64,000 bases of DNA from Chrysomallon squamiferum. Lineage: Eukaryota; Animalia; Mollusca. Positions 41,491 to 55,603 of the stretch are shown here, in pieces. The position numbers were made by a program, and so were the translations under genes. Every line of letters starts with the position of its first letter. The first letter of the stretch is position 1. The notes beneath the pieces were generated by a model that did no database searches, was not told the origin of the DNA, and saw only the letters and a program-made list of their open reading frames with translations. Location of the stretch: the NCBI GenBank assembly GCA_012295275.1, contig CM022665.1, forward strand, positions 18,166,001-18,230,000, read 5' to 3'.

Positions 41491-42479
41491 GTATCCCAAC
41501 ACACAGCGCCAGTCTACATCCATGTCAATAGCTTGAAATAGCGGGTAGATTGTGCGAGACTTTAGACGATTTTTCAACAAAGCGCTTTGACTTTTCCAAG
41601 AAACACTTTATTGATTTTTCCAAAATCGTGTCTGTGTATGTACATAACACTAGTTGACGAGTGATTTCCTACTGACGACTTAACCTGCATCCTAACCGGA
41701 CAGTTTTATTAATATTCAAGGAAAAGCAATGAAGTTATTTTCACTGAATTGCACAGTGACTTGTTTAAAGCATCAAATGTATGGCTGGAAATTTTGTTTC
41801 TGTAAAAACAGTATGATTACAAGTAGTTTATAAATATTAACACTGATTAATTTTCTGATTTTTTTCGCGACAAGGGTCTTAACTCCAATGATAAGATGTT
41901 ATATTTTATGATTCCAGTGTGATCTAGTTTTGGTTTGGGTTCAGTGTTCTGTTCTTGCAGCTATATACACGTTGTAAATACATAAGAAGTTTACAAACAT
42001 ATACAGATGTTCAGTGAAACTTTGTTAATTCAAGCCGAAAGGGGTCAGGAAAATAGTTCACGATACTTGAGTGTTCGCATTTGAAATAAAAATAGTACTG
42101 TATAAATCAGAAAAAAAAAAAAAAAAAAAAAACAATAAATGACTGTAACTTGAAGTATAACTTTAAAATTTAAAAAATCAAAATATAATAAAAAAATATA
42201 TATAAATTGTTCTTACTAACTATAAAGCATGCTAAAACATCAGTGTTAATCCATGATTATCTCTAAAACGAGAATTAATGAATGAATGAATGAATGTGCA
42301 ATAATATATACCTTGATAAGAACGCACATTACTCATCAAATATAGTTTGTGAAGTGGCAGTGAGAAAACGTTTAAAATAATGTTAACATGCTTTTAAACT
42401 GTCACACACACTTCAGCTCTGTTGTGCTTAATGTAATTTGAAAATTAAAGTAAAAGTGACAGCAGCTGCTCGTAGAACT

Positions 42480-42881
42480 TTACGGTATGTCACTGCTGCC
42501 AATACTTTCAACAACCACTTTTATGTAAATTGTGTCATCTTTCAAGTAATTTTTCTTTGGGTTTTCCAAAAGTGCATGTGAAGCAAACAGTGGACAACCA
42601 GATGCAATATTCATCTCAGACGTTGGCCGCTTGAAACTGCTGCTGCTTGGATCTGGGTGGAAGTGGTCTGTCACATCATTTTTGGTCGGACCTTGTAAAA
42701 TGGCTGGGTGTAGAGGGAAAGGGTCCGGCCGGTGATAGCTTCATGCTTTCTTTTCATGTAGTCTTTGATTTTCCATATCAGTACACCGTCATAGTTGGCT
42801 GTTTCAAGAATCTGGAATCTCAGGTCCATTTCTGCTATTCTCAAATCATAATGCCAATCTGTTAATCATCTGCTGCTACAT
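42480..42881 (-). pseudogene. TRAF3: Inverted, internally deleted TRAF3 MATH exon, unit 1
   Basis: Reverse complement aligns to 17585-18110. It has a short 5' deletion, an in-frame TAA, a 163-nt deletion (17789-17951 equivalent), and an intact end NYLKDDTIYIKVVVESIGSSDIP*. Confidence 0.9.
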
Positions 42882-44633
42882 CTAATAATAAAACAAAATG
42901 TTGATTATGAGTTATTTTGAACATGTATAAAATGTAGCATATGGCTGTACAAATTCTTCCTGTGTTGTTACAATTTTAGATATTTTCATAACCTCAAATA
43001 TCTGCAGTGTTAATTCATGGATTTGCTGTGAAAACGAAACAAGATGTTAAACTGTGGTGCAACACACAAATAATTGCTTCTGTTATGTGGCATGACACTG
43101 CAGCTGTGGCTGAAAAGTGGATGCTTTAAATATTGGTGCTGTAATGAGAAAATGTAATGTAGGAGTATTGAATGAATTGCCCTGATTTAGTTTGCAAAGG
43201 AAATGAGTACTTGTTGAAGGATTTTCTCAAGAACAAAGTTGAATCCTCCATTTGACTCACAATAACCTGAACAACCAAAGATTGTCAAAGATCAGAGTAT
43301 TGAACACTGATCAGCATGAAATGTGTGGGGGATTTCCAACTCAGTGAGTCTATAGGCATTTCTGCCTCTGAAGAAAAACATAGCAATACAAATGTAAAAA
43401 GAAATAATTAAGTATAGTTTTATCCCATTGTTCTAAATACAATTAACAATAAAATCAGTAAATGTTAATTGTTTTTGCTAAATGATGCTGACATGGCAGG
43501 TTATAATTTCTCATAAAAATTAGTAACAGAATCATTTAGAATTGTAAATAAAGTACTGTCATCTACTGCAAGTCAAATTTGCATTGATTTGAATGACGAT
43601 CAAATATGAAGCTCACGTTTTACCTTCCTCCTTTCTTCTTTTGTTTCCTGTTAAAAAAAATAAAAAAAAAAAAGTATAAAAAATAAAACGGTGGCTGAAA
43701 AAAGTCACAATTTAGTATAGGAAAACAAATCACAGGAAAAAAAGTCACAATTTTTATATAAAAAAAACGTGTTGGTTTGTAGGGTATTGAATGCGGCATC
43801 ATAGTATGCTTGAGGTAATTGTTAAGCTTATTGATTAGATCAATTAGGTTAGATTAAAGAAATAGTCTTCATGCTGTGCAGGGGTGGTGCTTGGTTCTAG
43901 CTTATTCATTAGGATAGATTTAAACTAAGGGCTTCCTATTGTAAATGATTTATAAAATGTCGCAGGTTAAAAATGCGTTTCACTATGTATTCTCCAGCTT
44001 GCTCTAGTATCAGAAGTATGTTTAATATGGAAGTAATTCATATAGCAATAAGGGTGATAACACAATCTGTTATGAGGGCTTCAAGTAATCCAAACATCAA
44101 CTTATAAAGTATAAATGTATGGTTCTAAAACAAAAACAAAAACAGCAATGTTCAGTACACTTCAGTGTTGCAGCTCATGAGATTAGTCATTACATTGAGA
44201 TACATGTATGACTTAATTGTGTCATAATTTCATCTGAAGTTTTTATCACATGGAGTTAAGATTATTTATCTGACATTTGTTTTTCATTCTGTTATATCTG
44301 ATGACTAATTTTAACTTTCATCTGGAGCAGTCTTTTTATTTAGTGTCATTGCAAGTGAAAAGCTAAATTAACCAGTGCTATACAAACAAATAAGTAAATA
44401 AATCATTAAATAAAAATGAAGAAACAGTACTGAAAACAAGACTGAATGGAAATGTTTTGCAGGATGGTGGGTGGGGTAAGAGATTTTACCATAGAGTAAG
44501 TATGAATGATGGAGTCATTGCTGATTGCTGATTCAAAGTAAGAGTCACACGTCTGAAATTCTGAAAGTCAAAAAAAGTCATGAAAAAAAATACCATGCAT
44601 TTTTTTTTTTTTTTTTTTTTACTTTTATATTTT

Positions 44634-45160
44634 TTAATTCATCTGAAAAACCGCCAGATTCACCCGCTTTAAGCACTTTTCCGATTCCCCACGTTTCCTT
44701 AAAACGACCAATCCAATGTCATTCAGTTTCTCACCATCCTCGTGAACAAGTTTCTCGGCAAAGCCTCGTGTTTTTTGAAGTAGCATTTCACCATTGATAC
44801 GAACTTCAGGTCTAGCAGCCATTTGTCGAAACCATTTAATTAGCGCGGAGTCGACATCTTCAAACGTCACGTGCTTGATACGTGTCACACCGCCTTTTCT
44901 TGAATCGGGATGCTCACCCTTCTCGATGGCCTCGATCACCTTAGATTTGATTTTTAAAATGTTATTTATTATTGTGCGGGGGATCTTAAATCTCTCCGCC
45001 GTCAGACCCTTTCTTCTTGCCAGGATTGATTTCACAATACATAATTATTTCATACTTCTTCTTATACTAAAAAAGTCACATCTGAGCCGCTTCCCAAAAT
45101 AATATGTTAATTCAACCAACCCACCCACACACGAGGCTAGTCACGTGCATTTCAGTATCC
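44634..45160 (-). mobile_element. Tigger transposase CENP-B HTH fragment, array unit 2
   Basis: ORF 44634-45035, same sequence. Confidence 0.8.
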
Positions 45161-46137
45161 CAACACACAGCGCCAGTCTACATCCATGTCAATAGCTTGA
45201 AATAGCGGGTAGATTGTGCGAGACTTTTAGACGATTTTTCAACAAAGCGCTTTGACTTTTCCAAGAAACACTTTATTGATTTTTCCAAAAATCGTGTCTG
45301 TGTATGTACATAACACTAGTTGACGAGTGATTTCCTACTGACGACTTAACCTGCATCCTAACCGGACAGTTTTATTAATATTCAAGGAAAAGCAATGAAG
45401 TTATTTTCACTGAATTGCACAGTGACTTGTTTAAAGCATCAAATGTATGGCTGGAAATTTTGTTTCTGTAAAAACAGTATGATTACAAGTAGTTTATAAA
45501 TATTAACACTGATTAATTTTCTGATTTTTCGCGACAAGGGTCTTAACTCCAATGATAAGATGTTATATTTTATGATTCCAGTGTGATCTAGTTTTGGTTT
45601 GGGTTCAGTGTTCTGTTCTTGCAGCTATATACACGTTGTAAATACATAAGAAGTTTACAAACATATACAGATGTTCAGTGAAACTTTGTTAATTCAAGCC
45701 GAAAGGGGTCAGGAAAATAGTTCACGATACTTGAGTGTTCGCATTTGAAATAAAAATAGTACTGTATAAATCAAAAAAAAAAAAAAAAAAAACAATAAAT
45801 GACTGTAACTTGAAGTATAACTTTAAAATTTAAAAAATCAAAATATAATAAAAAATATATATAAATTGTTCTTACTAACTATAAAGCATGCTAAAACATC
45901 AGTGTTAATCCATGATTATCTCTAAAACGAGAATTAATGAATGAATGAATGAATGTGCAATAATATATACCTTGATAAGAACGCACATTACTCATCAAAT
46001 ATAGTTTGTGAAGTGGCAGTGAGAAAACGTTTAAAATAATGTTAACATGCTTTAAACTGTCACACACACTTCAGCTCTGTTGTGCTTAATGTAATTTGAA
46101 AATTAAAGTAAAAGTGACAGCAGCTGCTCGTAGAACT

Positions 46138-46538
46138 TTACGGTATGTCACTGCTGCCAATACTTTCAACAACCACTTTTATGTAAATTGTGTCATCTTT
46201 CAAGTAATTTTTCTTTGGGTTTTCCAAAAGTGCATGTGAAGCAAACAGTGGACAACCAGATGCAATATTCATCTCAGACGTTGGCCGCTTGAAACTGCTG
46301 CTGCTTGGATCTGGGTGGAAGTGGTCTGTCACATCATTTTGGTCGGACCTTGTAAAATGGCTGGGTGTAGAGGGAAAGGGTCCGGCCGGTGATAGCTTCA
46401 TGCTTTCTTTTCATGTAGTCTTTGATTTTCCATATCAGTACACCGTCATAGTTGGCTGTTTCAAGAATCTGGAATCTCAGGTCCATTTCTGCTATTCTCA
46501 AATCATAATGCCAATCTGTTAATCATCTGCTGCTACAT
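46138..46538 (-). pseudogene. TRAF3: Inverted, internally deleted TRAF3 MATH exon, unit 2
   Basis: Same lesions as unit 1; ORF 46138-46401 ends ...DDTIYIKVVVESIGSSDIP. Confidence 0.9.
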
Positions 46539-48285
46539 CTAATCAAATAAAACAAAATGTTGATTATGAGTTATTTTGAACATGTATAAAATGTAGCATA
46601 TGGCTGTACAAATTCTTCCTGTGTTGTTACAATTTTAGATATTTTCATAACCTCAAATATCTGCAGTGTTAATTCATGGATTTGCTGTGAAAACGAAACA
46701 AGATGTTAAACTGTGGTGCAACACACAAATAATTGCTTCTGTTATGTGGCATGACACTGCAGCTGTGGCTGAAAAGTGGATGCTTTAAATATTGGTGCTG
46801 TAATGAGAAAATGTAATGTAGGAGTATTGAATGAATTGCCCTGATTTAGTTTGCAAAGGAAATGAGTACTTGTTGAAGGATTTTCTCAAGAACAAAGTTG
46901 AATCCTCCATTTGACTCACAATAACCTGAACAACCAAAGATTGTCAAAGATCAGAGTATTGAACACTGATCAGCATGAAATGTGTGGGGGATTTCCAACT
47001 CAGTGAGTCTATAGGCATTTCTGCCTCTGAAGAAAAACATAGCAATACAAATGTAAAAAGAAATAATTAAGTATAGTTTTATCCCATTGTTCTAAATACA
47101 ATTAACAATAAAATCAGTAAATGTTAATTGTTTTTGCTAAATGATGCTGACATGGCAGGTTATAATTTCTCATAAAAATTAGTAACAGAATCATTTAGAA
47201 TTGTAAATAAAGTACTGTCATCTACTGCAAGTCAAATTTGCATTGATTTGAATGACGATCAAATATGAAGCTCACGTTTTACCTTCCTCCTTTCTTCTTT
47301 TGTTTCCTGTTAAAAAAAAATAAAATAAAAAAAAGTATAAAAAATAAAACGGTGGCTGAAAAAAGTCACAATTTAGTATAGGAAAACAAATCACAGGAAA
47401 AAAGTCACAATTTTTATATAAAAAAAACGTGTTGGTTTGTAGGGTATTGAATGCGGCATCATAGTATGCTTGAGGTAATTGTTAAGCTTATTGATTAGAT
47501 CAATTAGGTTAGATTAAAGAAATAGTCTTCATGCTGTGTAGGGGGTGGTGCTTGGTTCTAGCTTATTCATTAGGATAGATTTAAACTAAGGGCTTCCTAT
47601 TGTAAATGATTTATAAAATGTCGCAGGTTAAAAATGCGTTTCACTATGTATTCTCCAGCTTGCTCTAGTATCAGAAGTATGTTTAATATGGAAGTAATTC
47701 ATAGCAATAAGGGTGATAACACAATCTGTTATGAGGGCTTCAAGTAATCCAAACATCAACTTATAAAGTATAAATGTATGGTTCTAAAACAAAAACAAAA
47801 ACAGCAATGTTCAGTACACTTCAGTGTTGCAGCTCATGAGATTAGTCATTACATTGAGATACATGTATGACTTAATTGTGTCATAATTTCATCTGAAGTT
47901 TTTATCACATGGAGTTAAGATTATTTATCTGACATTTGTTTTTCATTCTGTTATATCTGATGACTAATTTTAACTTTCATCTGGAGCAGTCTTTTCATTT
48001 AGTGTCATTGCAAGTGAAAAGCTAAATTAACCAGTGCTATACAAACAAATAAGTAAATAAATCATTAAATAAAAATGAAGAAACAGTACTGAAAACAAGA
48101 CTGAATGGAAATGTTTTGCAGGATGGTGGGTGGGGTAAGAGATTTTACCATAGAGTAAGTATGAATGATGGAGTCATTGCTGATTCAAAGTAAGAGTCAC
48201 ACGTCTGAAATTCTGAAAGTCAAAAAAAGTCATGAAAAAAAATACCATGCATTTTTGATTTTTTTTTTTTTTACTTTTATATTTT

Positions 48286-48815
48286 TTAATTCATCTGAAA
48301 AACCGCCAGATTCACCCGCTTTAAGCACTTTTCCGATTCCCCACGTTTCCTTAAAACGACCAATCCAATGTCATTCAGTTTCTCACCATCCTCGTGAACA
48401 AGTTTCTCGGCAAAGCCTCGTGTTTTTTGAAGTAGCATTTCACCATTGATACGAACTTCAGGTCTAGCAGCCATTTGTCGAAACCATTTAATTAGCGCGG
48501 AGTCGACATCTTCAAACGTCACGTGCTTGATACGTGTCATCACCGCCTTTTTTCTTGAATCGGGATGCTCACCCTTCTCGATGGCCTCGATCACCTTAGA
48601 TTTGATTTTTAAAATGTTATTTATTATTGTGCGGGGGATCTTAAATCTCTCCGCCGTCAGACCCTTTCTTCTTGCCAGGATTGATTTCACAATACATAAT
48701 TATTTCATACTTCTTCTTATACTAAAAAAGTCACATCTGAGCCGCTTCCCAAAATAATATGTTAATTCAACCAACCCACCCACACACGAGGCTAGTCACG
48801 TGCATTTCAGTATCC
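48286..48815 (-). mobile_element. Tigger transposase CENP-B HTH fragment, array unit 3
   Basis: ORF 48286-48690. Confidence 0.8.
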
Positions 48816-49799
48816 CAACACACAGCGCCAGTCTACATCCATGTCAATAGCTTGAAATAGCGGGTAGATTGTGCGAGACTTTAGACGATTTTTCAACAAA
48901 GCGCTTTGACTTTTCCAAGAAACACTTTATTGATTTTTCCAAAATCGTGTCTGTGTATGTACATAACACTAGTTGACGAGTGATTTCCTACTGACGACTT
49001 AACCTGCATCCTAACCGGACAGTTTTATTAATATTCAAGGAAAAGCAATGAAGTTATTTTCACTGAATTGCACAGTGACTTGTTTAAAGCATCAAATGTA
49101 TGGCTGGAAATTTTGTTTCTGTAAAAACAGTATGATTACAAGTAGTTTATAAATATTAACACTGATTAATTTTCTGATTTTTCGCGACAAGGGTCTTAAC
49201 TCCAATGATAAGATGTTATATTTTATGATTCCAGTGTGATCTAGTTTTGGTTTGGGTTCAGTGTTCTGTTCTTGCAGCTATATACACGTTGTAAATACAT
49301 AAGAAGTTTACAAACATATACAGATGTTCAGTGAAACTTTGTTAATTCAAGCCGAAAGGGGTCAGGAAAATAGTTCACGATACTTGAGTGTTCGCATTTG
49401 AAATAAAAATAGTACTGTATAAATCAGAAAAAAAAAAAAAAAAAAAAAAAAAAACAATAAATGACTGTAACTTGAAGTATAACTTTAAAATTTAAAAAAT
49501 CAAAATATAATAAAAAATATATATAAATTGTTCTTACTAACTATAAAGCATGCTAAAACATCAGTGTTAATCCATGATTATCTCTAAAACGAGAATTAAT
49601 GAATGAATGAATGAATGTGCAATAATATATACCTTGATAAGAACGCACATTACTCATCAAATATAGTTTGTGAAGTGGCAGTGAGAAAACGTTTAAAATA
49701 ATGTTAACATGCTTTAAACTGTCACACACACTTCAGCTCTGTTGTGCTTAATGTAATTTGAAAATTAAAGTAAAAGTGACAGCAGCTGCTCGTAGAACT

Positions 49800-50201
49800 T
49801 TACGGTATGTCACTGCTGCCAATACTTTCAACAACCACTTTTATGTAAATTGTGTCATCTTTCAAGTAATTTTTCTTTGGGTTTTCCAAAAGTGCATGTG
49901 AAGCAAACAGTGGACAACCAGATGCAATATTCATCTCAGACGTTGGCCGCTTGAAACTGCTGCTGCTTGGATCTGGGTGGAAGTGGTCTGTCACATCATT
50001 TTTGGTCGGACCTTGTAAAATGGCTGGGTGTAGAGGGAAAGGGTCCGGCCGGTGATAGCTTCATGCTTTCTTTTCATGTAGTCTTTGATTTTCCATATCA
50101 GTACACCGTCATAGTTGGCTGTTTCAAGAATCTGGAATCTCAGGTCCATTTCTGCTATTCTCAAATCATAATGCCAATCTGTTAATCATCTGCTGCTACA
50201 T
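49800..50201 (-). pseudogene. TRAF3: Inverted, internally deleted TRAF3 MATH exon, unit 3
   Basis: Same as unit 1; ORF 49800-49994. Confidence 0.9.
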
Positions 50202-51943
50202 CTAATAATAAAACAAAATGTTGATTATGAGTTATTTTGAACATGTATAAAATGTAGCATATGGCTGTACAAATTCTTCCTGTGTTGTTACAATTTTAGA
50301 TATTTTCATAACCTCAAATATCTGCAGTGTTAATTCATGGATTTGCTGTGAAAACGAAACAAGATGTTAAACTGTGGTGCAACACACAAATAATTGCTTC
50401 TGTTATGTGGCATGACACTGCAGCTGTGGCTGAAAAGTGGATGCTTTAAATATTGGTGCTGTAATGAGAAAATGTAATGTAGGAGTATTGAATGAATTGC
50501 CCTGATTTAGTTTGCAAAGGAAATGAGTACTTGTTGAAGGATTTTCTCAAGAACAAAGTTGAATCCTCCATTTGACTCACAATAACCTGAACAACCAAAG
50601 ATTGTCAAAGATCAGAGTATTGAACACTGATCAGCATGAAATGTGTGGGGGGATTTCCAACTCAGTGAGTCTATAGGCATTTCTGCCTCTGAAGAAAAAC
50701 ATAGCAATACAAATGTAAAAAGAAATAATTAAGTATAGTTTTATCCCATTGTTCTAAATACAATTAACAATAAAATCAGTAAATGTTAATTGTTTTTGCT
50801 AAATGATGCTGACATGGCAGGTTATAATTTCTCATAAAAATTAGTAACAGAATCATTTAGAATTGTAAATAAAGTACTGTCATCTACTGCAAGTCAAATT
50901 TGCATTGATTTGAATGACGATCAAATATGAAGCTCACGTTTTACCTTCCTCCTTTCTTCTTTTGTTTCCTGTTAAAAAAAAATAAAATAAAAAAAAGTAT
51001 AAAAAATAAAACGGTGGCTGAAAAAAGTCACAATTTAGTATAGGAAAACAAATCACAGGAAAAAAGTCACAATTTTTATATAAAAAAAACGTGTTGGTTT
51101 GTAGGGTATTGAATGCGGCATCATAGTATGCTTGAGGTAATTGTTAAGCTTATTGATTAGATCAATTAGGTTAGATTAAAGAAATAGTCTTCATGCTGTG
51201 CAGGGGTGGTGCTTGGTTCTAGCTTATTCATTAGGATAGATTTAAACTAAGGGCTTCCTATTGTAAATGATTTATAAAATGTCGCAGGTTAAAAATGCGT
51301 TTCACTATGTATTCTCCAGCTTGCTCTAGTATCAGAAGTATGTTTAATATGGAAGTAATTCATAGCAATAAGGGTGATAACACAATCTGTTATGAGGGCT
51401 TCAAGTAATCCAAACATCAACTTATAAAGTATAAATGTATGGTTCTAAAACAAAAACAAAAACAGCAATGTTCAGTACACTTCAGTGTTGCAGCTCATGA
51501 GATTAGTCATTACATTGAGATACATGTATGACTTAATTGTGTCATAATTTCATCTGAAGTTTTTATCACATGGAGTTAAGATTATTTATCTGACATTTGT
51601 TTTTCATTCTGTTATATCTGATGACTAATTTTAACTTTCATCTGGAGCAGTCTTTTTATTTAGTGTCATTGCAAGTGAAAAGCTAAATTAACCAGTGCTA
51701 TACAAACAAATAAGTAAATAAATCATTAAATAAAAATGAAGAAACAGTACTGAAAACAAGACTGAATGGAAATGTTTTGCAGGATGGTGGGTGGGGTAAG
51801 AGATTTTACCATAGAGTAAGTATGAATGATGGAGTCATTGCTGATTCAAAGTAAGAGTCACACGTCTGAAATTCTGAAAGTCAAAAAAAGTCATGAAAAA
51901 AAATACCATGCATTTTTTTTTTTTTTTTTTACTTTTATATTTT

Positions 51944-52470
51944 TTAATTCATCTGAAAAACCGCCAGATTCACCCGCTTTAAGCACTTTTCCGATTCCCC
52001 ACGTTTCCTTAAAACGACCAATCCAATGTCATTCAGTTTCTCACCATCCTCGTGAACAAGTTTCTCGGCAAAGCCTCGTGTTTTTTGAAGTAGCATTTCA
52101 CCATTGATACGAACTTCAGGTCTAGCAGCCATTTGTCGAAACCATTTAATTAGCGCGGAGTCGACATCTTCAAACGTCACGTGCTTGATACGTGTCACAC
52201 CGCCTTTTCTTGAATCGGGATGCTCACCCTTCTCGATGGCCTCGATCACCTTAGATTTGATTTTTAAAATGTTATTTATTATTGTGCGGGGGATCTTAAA
52301 TCTCTCCGCCGTCAGACCCTTTCTTCTTGCCAGGATTGATTTCACAATACATAATTATTTCATACTTCTTCTTATACTAAAAAAGTCACATCTGAGCCGC
52401 TTCCCAAAATAATATGTTAATTCAACCAACCCACCCACACACGAGGCTAGTCACGTGCATTTCAGTATCC
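51944..52470 (-). mobile_element. Tigger transposase CENP-B HTH fragment, array unit 4
   Basis: ORF 51944-52345. Confidence 0.8.
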
Positions 52471-53453
52471 CAACACACAGCGCCAGTCTACATCCATGTC
52501 AATAGCTTGAAATAGCGGGTAGATTGTGCGAGACTTTAGACGATTTTTCAACAACAAAGCGCTTTGACTTTTCCAAGAAACACTTTATTGATTTTTCCAA
52601 AATCGTGTCTGTGTATGTACATAACACTAGTTGACGAGTGATTTCCTACTGACGACTTAACCTGCATCCTAACCGGACAGTTTTATTAATATTCAAGGAA
52701 AAGCAATGAAGTTATTTTCACTGAATTGCACAGTGACTTGTTTAAAGCATCAAATGTATGGCTGGAAATTTTGTTTCTGTAAAAACAGTATGATTACAAG
52801 TAGTTTATAAATATTAACACTGATTAATTTTCTGATTTTTTTCGCGACAAGGGTCTTAACTCCAATGATAAGATGTTATATTTTATGATTCCAGTGTGAT
52901 CTAGTTTTGGTTTGGGTTCAGTGTTCTGTTCTTGCAGCTATATACACGTTGTAAATACATAAGAAGTTTACAAACATATACAGATGTTCAGTGAAACTTT
53001 GTTAATTCAAGCCGAAAGGGGTCAGGAAAATAGTTCACGATACTTGAGTGTTCGCATTTGAAATAAAAATAGTACTGTATAAATCAGAAAAAAAAAAAAA
53101 AAAAAAACAATAAATGACTGTAACTTGAAGTATAACTTTAAAATTTAAAAAATCAAAAAATATAAAAAAAATATATATAAATTGTTCTTACTAACTATAA
53201 AGCATGCTAAAACATCAGTGTTAATCCATGATTATCTCTAAAACGAGAATTAATGAATGAATGAATGAATGTGCAATAATATATACCTTGATAAGAACGC
53301 ACATTACTCATCAAATATAGTTTGTGAAGTGGCAGTGAGAAAACGTTTAAAATAATGTTAACATGCTTTAAACTGTCACACACACTTCAGCTCTGTTGTG
53401 CTTAATGTAATTTGAAAATTAAAGTAAAAGTGACAGCAGCTGCTCGTAGAACT

Positions 53454-53855
53454 TTACGGTATGTCACTGCTGCCAATACTTTCAACAACCACTTTTATGT
53501 AAATTGTGTCATCTTTCAAGTAATTTTTCTTTGGGTTTTCCAAAAGTGCATGTGAAGCAAACAGTGGACAACCAGATGCAATATTCATCTCAGACGTTGG
53601 CCGCTTGAAACTGCTGCTGCTTGGATCTGGGTGGAAGTGGTCTGTCACATCATTTTTGGTCGGACCTTGTAAAATGGCTGGGTGTAGAGGGAAAGGGTCC
53701 GGCCGGTGATAGCTTCATGCTTTCTTTTCATGTAGTCTTTGATTTTCCATATCAGTACACCGTCATAGTTGGCTGTTTCAAGAATCTGGAATCTCAGGTC
53801 CATTTCTGCTATTCTCAAATCATAATGCCAATCTGTTAATCATCTGCTGCTACAT
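53454..53855 (-). pseudogene. TRAF3: Inverted, internally deleted TRAF3 MATH exon, unit 4
   Basis: Same as unit 1; ORF 53454-53648. Confidence 0.9.
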
Positions 53856-55603
53856 CTAATAATAAAACAAAATGTTGATTATGAGTTATTTTGAACATGT
53901 ATAAAATGTAGCATATGGCTGTACAAATTCTTCCTGTGTTGTTACAATTTTAGATATTTTCATAACCTCAAATATCTGCAGTGTTAATTCATGGATTTGC
54001 TGTGAAAACGAAACAAGATGTTAAACTGTGGTGCAACACACAAATAATTGCTTCTGTTATGTGGCATGACACTGCAGCTGTGGCTGAAAAGTGGATGCTT
54101 TAAATATTGGTGCTGTAATGAGAAAATGTAATGTAGGAGTATTGAATGAATTGCCCTGATTTAGTTTGCAAAGGAAATGAGTACTTGTTGAAGGATTTTC
54201 TCAAGAACAAAGTTGAATCCTCCATTTGACTCACAATAACCTGAACAACCAAAGATTGTCAAAGATCAGAGTATTGAACACTGATCAGCATGAAATGTGT
54301 GGGGGATTTCCAACTCAGTGAGTCTATAGGCATTTCTGCCTCTGAAGAAAAACATAGCAATACAAATGTAAAAAGAAATAATTAAGTATAGTTTTATCCC
54401 ATTGTTCTAAATACAATTAACAATAAAATCAGTAAATGTTAATTGTTTTTTGCTAAATGATGCTGACATGGCAGGTTATAATTTCTCATAAAAATTAGTA
54501 ACAGAATCATTTAGAATTGTAAATAAAGTACTGTCATCTACTGCAAGTCAAATTTGCATTGATTTGAATGACGATCAAATATGAAGCTCACGTTTTACCT
54601 TCCTCCTTTCTTCTTTTGTTTCCTGTTAAAAAAAAATAAAATAAAAAAAAGTATAAAAAATAAAACGGTGGCTGAAAAAAGTCACAATTTAGTATAGGAA
54701 AACAAATCACAGAAAAAAAAAGTCACAATTTTTATATAAAAAAAAACGTGTTGGTTTGTAGGGTATTGAATGCGGCATCATAGTATGCTTGAGGTAATTG
54801 TTAAGCTTATTGATTAGATCAATTAGGTTAGATTAAAGAAATAGTCTTCATGCTGTGCAGGGGTGGTGCTTGGTTCTAGCTTATTCATTAGGATAGATTT
54901 AAACTAAGGGCTTCCTATTGTAAATGATTTATAAAATGTCGCAGGTTAAAAATGCGTTTCACTATGTATTCTCCAGCTTGCTCTAGTATCAGAAGTATGT
55001 TTAATATGGAAGTAATTCATAGCAATAAGGGTGATAACACAATCTGTTATGAGGGCTTCAAGTAATCCAAACATCAACTTATAAAGTATAAATGTATGGT
55101 TCTAAAACAAAAACAAAACAGCAATGTTCAGTACACTTCAGTGTTGCAGCTCATGAGATTAGTCATTACATTGAGATACATGTATGACTTAATTGTGTCA
55201 TAATTTCATCTGAAGTTTTTATCACATGGAGTTAAGATTATTTATCTGACATTTGTTTTTCATTCTGTTATATCTGATGACTAATTTTAACTTTCATCTG
55301 GAGCAGTCTTTTCATTTAGTGTCATTGCAAGTGAAAAGCTAAATTAACCAGTGCTATACAAACAAATAAGTAAATAAATCATTAAATAAAAATGAAGAAA
55401 CAGTACTGAAAAAACAAGACTGAATGGAAATGTTTTGCAGGATGGTGGGTGGGGTAAGAGATTTTACCATAGAGTAAGTATGAATGATGGAGTCATTGCT
55501 GATTCAAAGTAAGAGTCACACGTCTGAAATTCTGAAAGTCAAAAAAAGTCATGAAAAAAAATACCATGCATTTTTTTTTTTTTTTTTTTTACTTTTATAT
55601 TTT

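Noticed and set aside
42480-42674. 64-aa MATH C-terminal ORF as a secreted or decoy micro-protein
   Set aside because: Starts at GTG, lacks the core strands needed to fold, and its upstream exon has a stop and frameshifts.
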